From Candidatus Latescibacterota bacterium (GTDB lineage: Bacteria > Latescibacterota > UBA2968 > GCA-2709665): a DNA stretch of 64,000 nucleotides. Numbering within the stretch: position 1 is the first letter of the stretch; every line of letters starts with the position of its first letter. Shown piece by piece: positions 19,221 through 28,974 of this stretch. The translations under genes and the position numbers were made by a program. The notes under the pieces are model-generated. The model did no database searches and was not told the DNA's origin. It was given only the letters and a program-made list of their open reading frames with translations. The stretch spans positions 4,768,001 to 4,832,000 of the forward strand of contig OZ242358.1 in NCBI GenBank assembly GCA_965208835.1, read 5' to 3'.

Positions 19221-19361
19221 ATGAGACTGGTTGTCAGGTTATTCCTTCTGGCGTTGCTGGTGTTCCTGGGAGGCGTGGTCTTCATCAAGTACACATACAA
19301 CTGTTCGTGGAAAGAGAGTTTCGCCATCGCCGACCAGTTTGTGTCGGACCTGACCCGTTAA
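19221..19361 (+). CDS. Small single-TM protein, 46 aa (below ORF-track cutoff)
   Basis: GAGGAG RBS, then MRLVVRLFLLALLVFLGGVVFIKYTYNCSWKESFAIADQFVSDLTR*. Confidence 0.65.
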   Translation: MRLVVRLFLLALLVFLGGVVFIKYTYNCSWKESFAIADQFVSDLTR

Positions 19362-19507
19362 CAGTCCGTTGATAAAGTCGCTCTGCAGGCGAGGCCGAAG
19401 ACAAGGCGCGCGATCGAGTCGACTCGGAGGATTCGTCGAGGGAGCGCAACGCGGTATTTCGACCGCAAGGGCCGGCCGTAGCCAGGATGGGCTTTTTCGA
19501 CGGGCTG
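19362..19507 (-). mobile_element. MITE family B (146 bp, inverted)
   Basis: TTAA duplication at 19358-19361 and 19508-19511. Confidence 0.9.
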
Positions 19508-19558
19508 TTAAGGAACTCCTGCCGGCAGGACGCAACAGCAGGGTGAGGGGAGTCTGTT

Positions 19559-20425
19559 TTGGGTATTGTCTCAACCACGCGATTGCTGGGGGTGATAGGC
19601 GATCCCATCGCCCATTCGTTATCTCCGGACATGCACAATGCGGCCATTGACGATCTCGAAATAGACTATTGTTACGTCGCTTTTCACGTATTGCCGGATG
19701 GGATTGAATCGGCGCTCGACGGTATGCGCGCTTTGCAGATTCGGGGATTGAACGTTACCCTTCCGCACAAGTCGGCGGTGATGGCGCACCTGGACCGGAT
19801 TTCGAAAGAAGCACTGGCCGTGGGCGCGGTGAACACGATTTCTCTCAAAGATGGCGAACTTGTCGGGCAGAATACCGACGTGTACGGGTTGGCCACCGCT
19901 CTGGAGCGCACCGCTGGCCTCGGCGTGTTGCCCGAGCATTGCGTGATTCTCGGTGCGGGAGGCGTCGCGCGGGCGGCCGTCTACGCACTGGCGACGCGGA
20001 AAGAGGTGAAGCGGGTGAGCATTCTCAATCGAACTGTCGGCCGGGCGCAGGCGCTTGCGCGGGATATGCAACGGATAACGGGAAAATCGATCGACGCGGG
20101 TGATCTGACGAAGGGCACTCAGATGAGCCGGTTCTCGGATGCCGGCCTTGTCGTGAACGGAACGTCGTTGGGGATGGTTCCGGACGTGCAGCGGACGCCC
20201 CTCGCGGATACACGCGCGGTCCACCCGCAACTGGTGCTCTACGACACGGTTTTCAATCCGCTGGATACGCTCCTGATGCGTCAGTTCCGATCCGCCGGAG
20301 CGCCGGCGTATGGAGGCCTGGATATGCTTGTGCACCAGGGCGCGCGTTCGTTTGCCATCTGGACGGGTATCGAGCCGCCCGTCGACGTGATGAAGCAGGC
20401 GATAATCGGCCGGTTTCGGGCGTAG
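19559..20425 (+). CDS. aroE: Shikimate dehydrogenase
   Basis: G.PIAHSLSP.MHN, NVTLPHK, GAVNT, NTD, GAGG, NRT, GLDMLVHQG. Confidence 0.93.
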   Translation: MGIVSTTRLLGVIGDPIAHSLSPDMHNAAIDDLEIDYCYVAFHVLPDGIESALDGMRALQIRGLNVTLPHKSAVMAHLDRISKEALAVGAVNTISLKDGELVGQNTDVYGLATALERTAGLGVLPEHCVILGAGGVARAAVYALATRKEVKRVSILNRTVGRAQALARDMQRITGKSIDAGDLTKGTQMSRFSDAGLVVNGTSLGMVPDVQRTPLADTRAVHPQLVLYDTVFNPLDTLLMRQFRSAGAPAYGGLDMLVHQGARSFAIWTGIEPPVDVMKQAIIGRFRA

Positions 20426-20427
20426 CG

Positions 20428-21171
20428 GTGGCGAGTTCCGACCCTCAGGAACGCGATGCCAGGCGGACCTTCGTTCGTCAGATGTTCGACGGTATTGCCG
20501 GCACGTACGATCTGCTGAACCACCTGTTGAGCGCCGGCGTGGACATTCTCTGGCGGCGCTGGACAGTCGACGCACTGGAATTGAAGGCGGACTGGCGGAT
20601 CCTGGACCTTGCGACAGGAACGGCCGATCTGGGTCTCGAAGCCGCTGCGCGCGACCCGGGGGTGCGGGTTGTGGGTGCGGACCTTTCCCTGCCGATGCTT
20701 CGGCTTGGAAACAAGAAGCAGAAGAAGGGAGCCGGCCGCATGTTTCTGCTTTGCGGAGACGCACAGCGGCTGCCGTTTCCCGATGCGCGGTTTCACGCCG
20801 TGACCATTGGCTTCGGAGTACGGAATTTTTCGGACCTGAACGGCGGGCTTCGCGAGGTCTTGCGCGTCCTGCGCCCGGGAGGCCGGCTGGCGGTTCTGGA
20901 ATTTTCCCGGCCCAGAGCCTTTCTGTTGAGCAGGGTTTACCTCATTTACTTCAAATACATCCTTCCCGGAATCGGTCGGCTGGTTTCACGGAACCCTCTG
21001 GCGTACCGGTATCTCTATGAGTCCGTGATGGGATTTCCGGAAGGAGAAGCATTTCGAATGCGTTTGACGCAGACGGGGTTTCAGGATGCGGTGGAACGCC
21101 GGTTGACCCTCGGCATTGCCACGCTCTACCTGGCGTCAAAACCTTCGAATCGGGGAGACGGAAGAGGGTAG
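20428..21171 (+). CDS. ubiE: Ubiquinone/menaquinone biosynthesis C-methyltransferase
   Basis: MFD.IA..YD.LNH.LS.G.D..WR, LDLATGTAD, FGVRN, LEFS.P. Confidence 0.9.
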   Translation: MASSDPQERDARRTFVRQMFDGIAGTYDLLNHLLSAGVDILWRRWTVDALELKADWRILDLATGTADLGLEAAARDPGVRVVGADLSLPMLRLGNKKQKKGAGRMFLLCGDAQRLPFPDARFHAVTIGFGVRNFSDLNGGLREVLRVLRPGGRLAVLEFSRPRAFLLSRVYLIYFKYILPGIGRLVSRNPLAYRYLYESVMGFPEGEAFRMRLTQTGFQDAVERRLTLGIATLYLASKPSNRGDGRG

Positions 21172-21345
21172 AAGAAATGCGGGTAGACGGGAGAGGGTAG
21201 ACGGTAGACCAATAGCGGGTAGACGGGAGCCGGTAGACGGTAGAAGAAATACTTGCCCGGTATGTCATTCCTCATTGCCTTCGGCACGAACAGAATCCTC
21301 ACGAGGCAGGCAATCTCTCCCCTCTCCCGTCTTACGTCTAACCGC
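21152..21345. repeat. Short-unit repeat tract (GGTAGAC/GGGAGAG units) with inverted distal arm
   Basis: Repeated GGTAGACGG units at 21152-21248 and complementary CTCTCCCCTCTCCCGTCTTACGTCT at ~21315-21340. 21 nt are identical to 43316-43336. Confidence 0.65.
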
Positions 21346-21391
21346 CTTTTGCTGACGGCTGATAGCTTTTTGGGGCGCGAGGTCCTGCTAT

Positions 21392-23095
21392 ATGGTCAAT
21401 CCTTTTGTTGAAGAAATCGTATCGCAGGTCTCTGCGGCAACTGACATGCCGCATGATGATGTGCGGTCGCTGGTTGAGGTCCCCCCAAAGCCCGAGATGG
21501 GGGATTACGCGCTTCCGTGCTTCAGGTTTGCAAAAACACTGCGTAAAGCGCCGAATCAGATCGCCCGGGATCTTGGAGTGAGCATTCGGCCCGGCGGCCG
21601 CATTGCCCGGGTGCGGGCTGAGGGCCCTTATCTCAATTTTTACGTGAGCCAGACCGAATTCGTGCGGGAGACACTTTCGGAAATTCTCGCCAGGCGCGGG
21701 CAATTCGGCCGAAGCGACGTGGGTTCGGGAAAGACGGTCGTGATCGACTTCTCCTCGCCGGATGTCTCCAAACCGTTCACGATCGCGCACATCCGTTCGA
21801 CTGCAATCGGGAACTCGCTCTGCAGGCTGTACAAGGCCACGGGATGGAACGTGATCGGCATCAACCACCTTGGGGACTGGGGAGCCAAGCACGGGATGAG
21901 CATCGCCGCATACAAGCGCTGGGGAGACGATAACGCGATTCGTGAGAATCCGCCCTATGAGCTCTTCAATCTTTACGTAAAATACAACGCGGAGATGGAA
22001 AAGGACCCGTCTCTCGGAGACGCCGTAAAGTACTGGACAAAGAAACTGGAGGCGGGCGACACCGAAGCGCTTCGGCTATGGAGCTGGTTCAGAGACGAGA
22101 CGGTCAAGGACTTCAAGCGGATCTACGAACTGCTGGATGTCACGTTTGCGGAATATACAGGAGAGAGTTTCTTCCACGACAAGGTCGGACCCGTGATAGA
22201 CGAACTGAAGGCCAGGGGGCTTGCCGTGGAGAGTGAGGGCGCCCTCGTCGTCATGCTGGATGAAGATGACATGCCTCCCGCCATCATCCAGACCGGACAT
22301 GATACCAGTGTCTATCTCACGCGGGACCTGGCAGCGGCGATTTACCGGAAGAAGACCTACGACTTCGATAGGTTGATTTATACGACCGACGCAGGGCAGT
22401 CCCTGCATTTCCGGCAGCTCTTCAAGGTGCTGGAACGGATGGGCTGTGAATGGGCGAAAGACTGCGTACACGTTCCGTTCGGCATTATTTCCTTTAAGGA
22501 AGGAAGGATGTCGAGCCGCCGGGGAAACGTAATCTTCCTGGAGGACGTGCTGAACCGAGCCATTGAGCTGACACGGGACATTGTGGAGGACAAGAATCCG
22601 GATCTCTCCGAAAGGGATGCGATCGCGCGGGACGTGGGCATCGGCGCGGTCGTCTATGCGGACCTGGATTCCCGCCGGACGCGGGATGTGGTGTTCGACT
22701 GGGATGAGATCCTGAATTTCAACGGTGAGACCGGCCCGTACATACAATATACTCACGCCCGGTATTGCAGTGTGTTGCGCAGGTACGGAGGCGCGGTGCC
22801 ACCGTCAGACGCGGACCTTTCTCTGTTGGCCGAACCCGAGACCGTGGCCGTGGTCAAGTGCATGGAACGGTTTCCCGAGCGAATCCGGAACGCGGCCGAA
22901 ACCTGTGAGCCGTCTCTGATTGCCGGGTTCCTGATCGAACTCTGCACCGAGGCGAACCGGTTCTACAACGCCCACCGGGTCATTTCGGACGACGTGTCGC
23001 TCACCCGCGCGCGAATCGCGCTCGTTTATTCAATAACCGCCGTGCTGGCTACGGGACTCCATCTGCTTGGCCTGAAGGCGCCGGAGGAAATGTGA
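21392..23095 (+). CDS. argS: Arginine--tRNA ligase
   Basis: GDY, GPYLNF, DFSSP, NHLGDWG, YLTRDLAAA, MSSRRG, GETGPYIQYTHAR. Confidence 0.93.
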   Translation: MVNPFVEEIVSQVSAATDMPHDDVRSLVEVPPKPEMGDYALPCFRFAKTLRKAPNQIARDLGVSIRPGGRIARVRAEGPYLNFYVSQTEFVRETLSEILARRGQFGRSDVGSGKTVVIDFSSPDVSKPFTIAHIRSTAIGNSLCRLYKATGWNVIGINHLGDWGAKHGMSIAAYKRWGDDNAIRENPPYELFNLYVKYNAEMEKDPSLGDAVKYWTKKLEAGDTEALRLWSWFRDETVKDFKRIYELLDVTFAEYTGESFFHDKVGPVIDELKARGLAVESEGALVVMLDEDDMPPAIIQTGHDTSVYLTRDLAAAIYRKKTYDFDRLIYTTDAGQSLHFRQLFKVLERMGCEWAKDCVHVPFGIISFKEGRMSSRRGNVIFLEDVLNRAIELTRDIVEDKNPDLSERDAIARDVGIGAVVYADLDSRRTRDVVFDWDEILNFNGETGPYIQYTHARYCSVLRRYGGAVPPSDADLSLLAEPETVAVVKCMERFPERIRNAAETCEPSLIAGFLIELCTEANRFYNAHRVISDDVSLTRARIALVYSITAVLATGLHLLGLKAPEEM

Positions 23096-23655
23096 GTCGG
23101 GCCGGGCATTCTTCTCCGCTGCAGGGAAGACAGATTTTCCTGGCCGGTTTCATGGCAACGGGAAAGAGCAAGATCGGCTTACTTCTCGCGCGGCGTCTGG
23201 AGAGGATATTTGTGGATACGGACGAATTGATCGTGGAGACCGCCGGGAAGTCGATCCCTCGGATCTTCGCGGAAGACGGCGAGACCGCGTTCCGTCGCAT
23301 CGAACGCGGTTGCGTGAAGCGGGCGGCGGGAATGGCAGATGCTGTGATTGCGCTGGGTGGCGGCGCCGTGACACAGGAGGACAACTGGGACACGATTCGC
23401 AAATCCGGCGTCTGCCTGTGTCTTCGGGCATCGGCGGAGACGATCTTCACGCGCCTGCGCAGGACAGACGGGGAACGGCCGCTGATGGCCGGATTGAACG
23501 ACGAAGACCGGATGGCGAAGATCCGGTCGATGCTTGCCGACCGGGCGCCGTTTTACGACCGGGCGGACGCATTCGTGGAGTCGACCGAGTACCGCACGCC
23601 CGACGAGACCGTTCAACTGGCAGTAACGGCATTAAAGGGCGTTGTGTTGAAATAA
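23092..23655 (+). CDS. aroK: Shikimate kinase
   Basis: GFMATGKS, DTD, GE..FR..E, LGGG, RP. Confidence 0.93.
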   Translation: MSRAGHSSPLQGRQIFLAGFMATGKSKIGLLLARRLERIFVDTDELIVETAGKSIPRIFAEDGETAFRRIERGCVKRAAGMADAVIALGGGAVTQEDNWDTIRKSGVCLCLRASAETIFTRLRRTDGERPLMAGLNDEDRMAKIRSMLADRAPFYDRADAFVESTEYRTPDETVQLAVTALKGVVLK

Positions 23656-23704
23656 GGGCGTTTGAAGGCCGGTGTCCTAATTATCGAAAGGCGTACTGAG
23701 GCGT

Positions 23705-24814
23705 ATGGAAACCGTACGGGTCGATCTGGACAGCCGCAGTTATCCGATCCTGATCGGACACGGGATCCTGTCCGATTTCGGAAGGGCGTACGCGGCGAAG
23801 GAACTGGGTTCGGTTGCGGCGATCGTGACCAATCCGACGGTTGCGTCGCTCTACCTGGATCCGGTCAGGGCCGGTCTCGAGGCGCAGGGTGTGTCGTCAA
23901 CGGTGGTTGAGATCCCGGATGGAGAGGAATTCAAGACGTTGGAGACAGCGGGCCGGATCTATGGCGAACTGATACGGGCGGGCCTGGACCGGCGCAGCTG
24001 CATCGTCGCGCTGGGGGGCGGTGTCGTGGGCGATACGGCCGGATTCGTGGCGGCCACCTACCTGCGAGGTATCGATTTCGTGCAGGTCCCGACCACCCTG
24101 GAGGCGCAGGTCGACGCCAGCGTGGGCGGCAAGACCGGTGTCGATCACCCGCTCGGCAAGAATATGATCGGGGCATTTTATCAGCCGAAGCTGGTTTATA
24201 TTGACACCGAAACGCTGATGACCCTGCCCAGGCGGGAGGTGGTTGCCGGCATGGCCGAGGTGATCAAACACGGATTGATCCGCGACGAAGCGCTCGTGCA
24301 ATTCCTCGAGAGCAAGATTGAGAAAGTGGCGGATCTGGCAATTGAACCCCAACAACTGGTTGGTTTGATTGCACGAAACTGCCGAATAAAGGCGGACGTG
24401 GTGGCGGCGGATGAGAATGAGGCGGGATTGAGGGAAATCCTGAACTATGGCCACACGGTGGGACACGCCATAGAGGCGGTGACGGATTACACCGTTTACA
24501 AACACGGAGAGGCGGTTATGCTCGGCATGCTGGCCGCGGGCAGAATCGGCGTCATCAAGGGGATGTGGAAACCGGCCGAACTGCAACGCCAGAACGCACT
24601 GATCGAAAGACTCGGGATCCCGTCCGGCGCCCGCGCGCTTGAACCGGGAAAACTGATCGGGCGTATGGCGAGCGACAAGAAAGCGCGGGATGGCGTGATC
24701 CGGTTTGTTCTTCCGGAGGCGATCGGCCGGGCGGTGTCGTGCGACACCGTAGAGAAGCAGGAAATCGAGGAAGGTATCCGGTATATGCAGAAACGCTCAC
24801 CCGAACCGGATTGA
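23705..24814 (+). CDS. aroB: 3-dehydroquinate synthase
   Basis: GE..K, LGGGVVGD, VPTT, DASVGGKTG, KN.IG.F, LNYGHT.GHA, HGEAV, DKK. Confidence 0.95.
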   Translation: METVRVDLDSRSYPILIGHGILSDFGRAYAAKELGSVAAIVTNPTVASLYLDPVRAGLEAQGVSSTVVEIPDGEEFKTLETAGRIYGELIRAGLDRRSCIVALGGGVVGDTAGFVAATYLRGIDFVQVPTTLEAQVDASVGGKTGVDHPLGKNMIGAFYQPKLVYIDTETLMTLPRREVVAGMAEVIKHGLIRDEALVQFLESKIEKVADLAIEPQQLVGLIARNCRIKADVVAADENEAGLREILNYGHTVGHAIEAVTDYTVYKHGEAVMLGMLAAGRIGVIKGMWKPAELQRQNALIERLGIPSGARALEPGKLIGRMASDKKARDGVIRFVLPEAIGRAVSCDTVEKQEIEEGIRYMQKRSPEPD

Positions 24815-24842
24815 AGCGCTCGCGGCCGGGCGACGTTCGGCT

Positions 24843-25346
24843 TCAGCGGGTCAGCCGTTCGATGACGGAACGGTGCTCGGGAAAGCTGCGTATCAGGGCC
24901 AGGGGATCCGCCAGCTCAAAGTCTTCGAATTCAAAACCGGGAGCGACGGTGCCGCCCATCAGGGCGAATGAATGGGGCTCATTCAGCGTTGCGCCGTACC
25001 AGCAGCCGGCGTTGACGACCGCAGTCAGGGATTCGTCGTTTTCGGGGTTGTCGCCAAGCAGAATGCGGACGTATACGCCGCTTTGATCGATCGTATGGAT
25101 GGTGATGGGAGATCCGGCATAGAAGTGCCAGATTTCATCGGACTGAATGCGGTGAAGGGCGGAAAAGTCGCGCCCCCTGAGCAGGAAGTAGATCGCGGTT
25201 GAGAATGCCCGGGGACCGCTGAACCGCTCAGGGAGGGCCCGTGCCCCCACGGTCTCCCCGGAGCGGTAAATTTCCCGATAGTATCCGCCTTCGGGGTGCT
25301 CTCTCAGACTCAGTTGTGAGATCCAGTAATCGGCATTCCGGTTCAT
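24843..25346 (-). CDS. Cupin_5 (DUF985) family protein
   Basis: HPEGGYY.E, TAIYFLL, HRI.SDE.WHFY.G, VAPGFEFEDFE. Confidence 0.88.
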   Translation of the reverse strand: MNRNADYWISQLSLREHPEGGYYREIYRSGETVGARALPERFSGPRAFSTAIYFLLRGRDFSALHRIQSDEIWHFYAGSPITIHTIDQSGVYVRILLGDNPENDESLTAVVNAGCWYGATLNEPHSFALMGGTVAPGFEFEDFELADPLALIRSFPEHRSVIERLTR

Positions 25347-25365
25347 GGCAATGGGAAGACTCCAT

Positions 25366-25405
25366 GGAACAGGGGCGAGAAAACCTCGCCCCTGTTCCTT
25401 TTTTT
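25366..25405 (+). terminator. Intrinsic terminator on + strand (REP-like core)
   Basis: 14-bp stem GGAACAGGGGCGAG / CTCGCCCCTGTTCC followed by T7. Confidence 0.65.
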
Positions 25406-25466
25406 GCAAGACGATTCACTTACAGTTTCAGCAATGGGAATGGCGACAATGCGCGGTAAACTGCGC

Positions 25467-26519
25467 CTACGCGATGATACCGCCTCCCAGACAGACCTCT
25501 CCGTCGTAGAAGACGGCCGACTGTCCCGGCGCCACACCCGGGTCGGCTTCCGCCATCTGAACGTTCAGACCGGCCTTGCCGTCGGATTCAATCCGGCACC
25601 TCACGAGCCGGGGGCCGTGCCGGATTTTGCAAAGAAGGTCGTGACGGTCGGGTATCCCCGAGATCCAGTGCGGACGTGAAACGCTGAAGCGGCTCAAGGC
25701 CTGTTCGGCCCGGTGCTTCTTGTGGGACACGAAGACAATGTTGCCGCGGGTGTCCTTCCTGACCACGTACCACGGTCCCGCGGCAAGGCCCAGCCCTTCG
25801 CGCTGTCCGATGGTGTAGAACCAGTAGCCCCGGTGACGGCCGAGAACGGCGCCGGTCTCCATTTCAATGATGTCCCCGGGCTTTTCTCCAAGGTGCGCCC
25901 TGACGAAATCGGGGTAGCCTATCTTGCCCAGGAAACAGATGCCCTGACTGTCTTTGCGGTCCTTGTTGGGCAGACCGAAGTCCCGTGCGCAACTCCGGAC
26001 CTGCTTCTTGGTGAGATGCCCGACGGGGAAACTCGCGCGCTTGAGCTGATCCTGGCTGAGTCCGGAAAGAAAGTAGGTCTGGTCCTTGACGGGGTCCGGC
26101 GCTCGCTTCAGGTAGCATGTACCATTGGTTTCTTCGATTCGTGCGTAGTGCCCCGAAGCGATTTTGTGGTAGCTGCCGTCGATCCGGGCTGCGAACTCGC
26201 CGAACTTGATGTGCCGGTTGCAGACAATGTCCGGGCTGGGAGTACGTCCGGCTCTGAGTTCGGACACGGCGTGCGACACCACCCGGTCCAGGTATTCGGC
26301 CTGCAGAGGGATGATACGGAGCGGTACCCCGGCCCGTTCGCAGACGGCGCGCGCGTATTTGAGATCTTCCTCCCACGGGCAGTCGCCCAGGAAGGCAAGC
26401 TCGTCTTCCAGCCAGACCTTGAGATAGAAGGCGGTGATTTCGTGGCGCCCTTCGCTGCAAAGCAGGTTTAGGGCCACGGAGCTGTCGACGCCGCCGGAGA
26501 GCAGAAGGGCGATTTTCAT
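25467..26519 (-). CDS. mnmA: tRNA 2-thiouridine(34) synthase
   Basis: SGGVDSS, P.PD..CN..IKF, SGHYA, KDQTYFL, DSQGICF, TIGQR, PGQ. Confidence 0.95.
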   Translation of the reverse strand: MKIALLLSGGVDSSVALNLLCSEGRHEITAFYLKVWLEDELAFLGDCPWEEDLKYARAVCERAGVPLRIIPLQAEYLDRVVSHAVSELRAGRTPSPDIVCNRHIKFGEFAARIDGSYHKIASGHYARIEETNGTCYLKRAPDPVKDQTYFLSGLSQDQLKRASFPVGHLTKKQVRSCARDFGLPNKDRKDSQGICFLGKIGYPDFVRAHLGEKPGDIIEMETGAVLGRHRGYWFYTIGQREGLGLAAGPWYVVRKDTRGNIVFVSHKKHRAEQALSRFSVSRPHWISGIPDRHDLLCKIRHGPRLVRCRIESDGKAGLNVQMAEADPGVAPGQSAVFYDGEVCLGGGIIA

Positions 26520-27877
26520 GGCTCGCGTCCGAAATGTACGAGGCACTCGGCCAGGGGTTCGACCGTTTTCAGATCTGCACAGCCCGACACGGTCTCGACC
26601 AGATGCTCCGTACGGGTCCTGCCCGCGTCCCTTTCGATGAGGCGATGGGCTTTGGAGACGAGGTCGTCAAAGGTGATGCCGGTGTTCGGGTCTCCCGGGG
26701 CGGGTCGCGGTCCTGTTTTGTGCGTCCGCCCGCCTGTCGTCGTGACGGTCACCCGCGCCAGGGCTTCATCGGGGAAGCGGGCTTCAATGGCGGCGTCGAC
26801 CGACACTTCAATGCGGTCCGAGAGGGCGAGCACCGCTTCGTCATTCAGACCGCCGCCGGTTATTTCAGGCACCCCGACCCGTCCGTGTACAAGGGCGCAG
26901 GCCACCGGATAGGGCAGGCTGTATTGTGCCTCTTCGGTATTGGCCGGGCGGCGGGTGCCCAGATGGGTGGCCGCCTCGAACGTCTCGATTTTGACCGAGA
27001 CGATTTCGTGGAGTCTCAGATTGCGGGTGCTGCGCAACTCCAACGCGCCAGCGATGGCGGGTTGGGCCCACCGGCAGCACGGATGGAATTTGTAGTAGAT
27101 CCGTTCAATCCACCAGTCAGTACCCAGGGTCTGCATCGTCGCGTGGTACTCGTCCGCATATAGTGTCGCGGGCATGCCCGTGAATCCGCGGGCCGCAAGC
27201 TGAGCGGCGACGACGCCCACAAACGCGCCCCAGTGGATACCGTCTTTGACCATGGCCGGATGGCGCACGCAATCCATAATGGGCGCGAGGGGCGCATGGT
27301 ATTCGGCGATGGCGAGCGCGTGTTCCACCTCCCGGGGTCCGAGTCCCAACAGACGGGCGCATGCGGCCGCGGCGCCGAGGCTGCCCCATGAACCTGAACC
27401 GTGGTAACTGGGCCCTCGGTGGGGATGGTCGTGCCAGATCGTTCCGGCGCGCATCCCGACTTCGTAACCGACGACCACCGCCGCGAGGAAGTCCGCGCCG
27501 GCAGCGTTTTCGGCCTGCGCCATCGCGAGCGCCGCGGGAACCACGACCGCGCCCGGGTGGCCCTTCGCCTGACGGAACCCGTCGTCGACGTCCAGCGCGT
27601 TCGCTGCGCAGGCGTTTGCCAGGGCGGCGCCCGGTGCACTGCCGATCCTTCCTCTTCCAGCGATCGTAGCTTCGTTACCCGGGAATGCGGTTGCGGCGTA
27701 GTCCGCCACAATATTCGCCGCGGGCGTGGCCAGGCCTGCAATGGTTGCGGCGAAGAGGTCGAGGAGATTCTTGCTCAGTTGCACCTGTACGGCTTCCGGA
27801 AATTCGCCGTATCGGGCGTTCGCGATGAATCCGCTGATGTCGATCGTTGCCATGTTGATCCGGGCTGCCCACGTCAA
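26516..27877 (-). CDS. MmgE/PrpD family protein
   Basis: AALANA..A.ALD.DDG...GHPG...P, GYE, K..PCC. Confidence 0.88.
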   Translation of the reverse strand: MTWAARINMATIDISGFIANARYGEFPEAVQVQLSKNLLDLFAATIAGLATPAANIVADYAATAFPGNEATIAGRGRIGSAPGAALANACAANALDVDDGFRQAKGHPGAVVVPAALAMAQAENAAGADFLAAVVVGYEVGMRAGTIWHDHPHRGPSYHGSGSWGSLGAAAACARLLGLGPREVEHALAIAEYHAPLAPIMDCVRHPAMVKDGIHWGAFVGVVAAQLAARGFTGMPATLYADEYHATMQTLGTDWWIERIYYKFHPCCRWAQPAIAGALELRSTRNLRLHEIVSVKIETFEAATHLGTRRPANTEEAQYSLPYPVACALVHGRVGVPEITGGGLNDEAVLALSDRIEVSVDAAIEARFPDEALARVTVTTTGGRTHKTGPRPAPGDPNTGITFDDLVSKAHRLIERDAGRTRTEHLVETVSGCADLKTVEPLAECLVHFGREP

Positions 27878-28788
27878 TCGCTGAGGATCTGTCTTTCGAT
27901 GTCCAGCCCCACCCGGCTGCTCCAGGCATTCAGCAGTTCGTTGTAGAGCGGGCCGGGTTTACCGCTTCCGACCGGTATGTTGTTGAACCTGGTACAGGGG
28001 GCGATGCAATATGGCGTGGTGGTCAGCCACGCTTCGTCGGCGTTGGCCACGTCGTATGGCTGAATGTCCTTTTCAATCCAGTCGAGACCGCGCTCGGCGG
28101 CAAGTTCCCTGACGGTAAGGAGGCTGACGCCCTGGAGTATGTTGCGCGTGGTCGGGGAATAGACGGTGCGGTCCTCAACGACGACGAAGTTGGAACCCGC
28201 GCATTCCGTGACGTTTCCGTCCAGGTCGAGAAGCAGCGTGATCGCTTCCGGGTCGACCGCGTGGGTCTGCTGATCGGCCAGCCACCAGTGCAGCCGGGAC
28301 CGGTTCTTGGATTTGGGATCCAGGGATTGGGGCGGGATGTGGCGCAGGGCGGGTGTGACAACGTGCGCGCCGGCCTCGAAGAGGTGGCGCCAGACACGAA
28401 AGGGCAGCGGAAAAGAGTGAATGCAGACGGTTGGCGTCAGGCGGACGCTTCCCGCGGCGCTGCCGGCGTAGATCTCGTTTTCTCCCGGCGTGATGAAGTG
28501 TACGACGCCGAGGTCGGCCCCGGGTTCAATCAATTCACGGTTCGCCTGTATGAGTTCGAGGGTTTTCTCCCGCATCTTGTTCCGCGTGAGCGGCGGGTGA
28601 ATGCCGGCGTATTTGCACGATCTGTAGAGCCGGTCCAGGTGATCGTCCAGGCGAAACGGCGCGTGCGCGAACGTACGGGTCATTTCGGTGAGCGTGGCGC
28701 CCAGAATGATGCCCAGGTCGTAAATCCTGATTGCGGCCTGAGAGGCAGGCACGAAATCACCGTTTAGATAGACGATCGGTTCCTTCAT
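27874..28788 (-). CDS. Class IV PLP aminotransferase (IlvE/Dat/PabC-like)
   Basis: YLNG.FVP, FRL..HL.RL..S, K...R, EC.GSN, ILQG.S, ADE. Confidence 0.85.
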   Translation of the reverse strand: MKEPIVYLNGDFVPASQAAIRIYDLGIILGATLTEMTRTFAHAPFRLDDHLDRLYRSCKYAGIHPPLTRNKMREKTLELIQANRELIEPGADLGVVHFITPGENEIYAGSAAGSVRLTPTVCIHSFPLPFRVWRHLFEAGAHVVTPALRHIPPQSLDPKSKNRSRLHWWLADQQTHAVDPEAITLLLDLDGNVTECAGSNFVVVEDRTVYSPTTRNILQGVSLLTVRELAAERGLDWIEKDIQPYDVANADEAWLTTTPYCIAPCTRFNNIPVGSGKPGPLYNELLNAWSSRVGLDIERQILSD

Positions 28789-28974
28789 ATCATCGTGTCC
28801 TGTCCCGAAAAAAACTTACTGTTCCGCCGACGATTCATCCCGCCTCGCTCCAGCCGCCGGATACGAGTAGAGACATGGGAATTGGTCAACAACTCGTCTT
28901 AAATATAGAGGATGGGCGATGTCAAGACAATCGGAAAGGGATTTTGCGGACATCGGCGCGGCCCTCTACGGAGA

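Noticed and set aside
21152-21250. CRISPR-like array in the short repeat tracts
   Set aside because: Units are 7-9 nt, degenerate and lack regular unique spacers. No cas genes are present.
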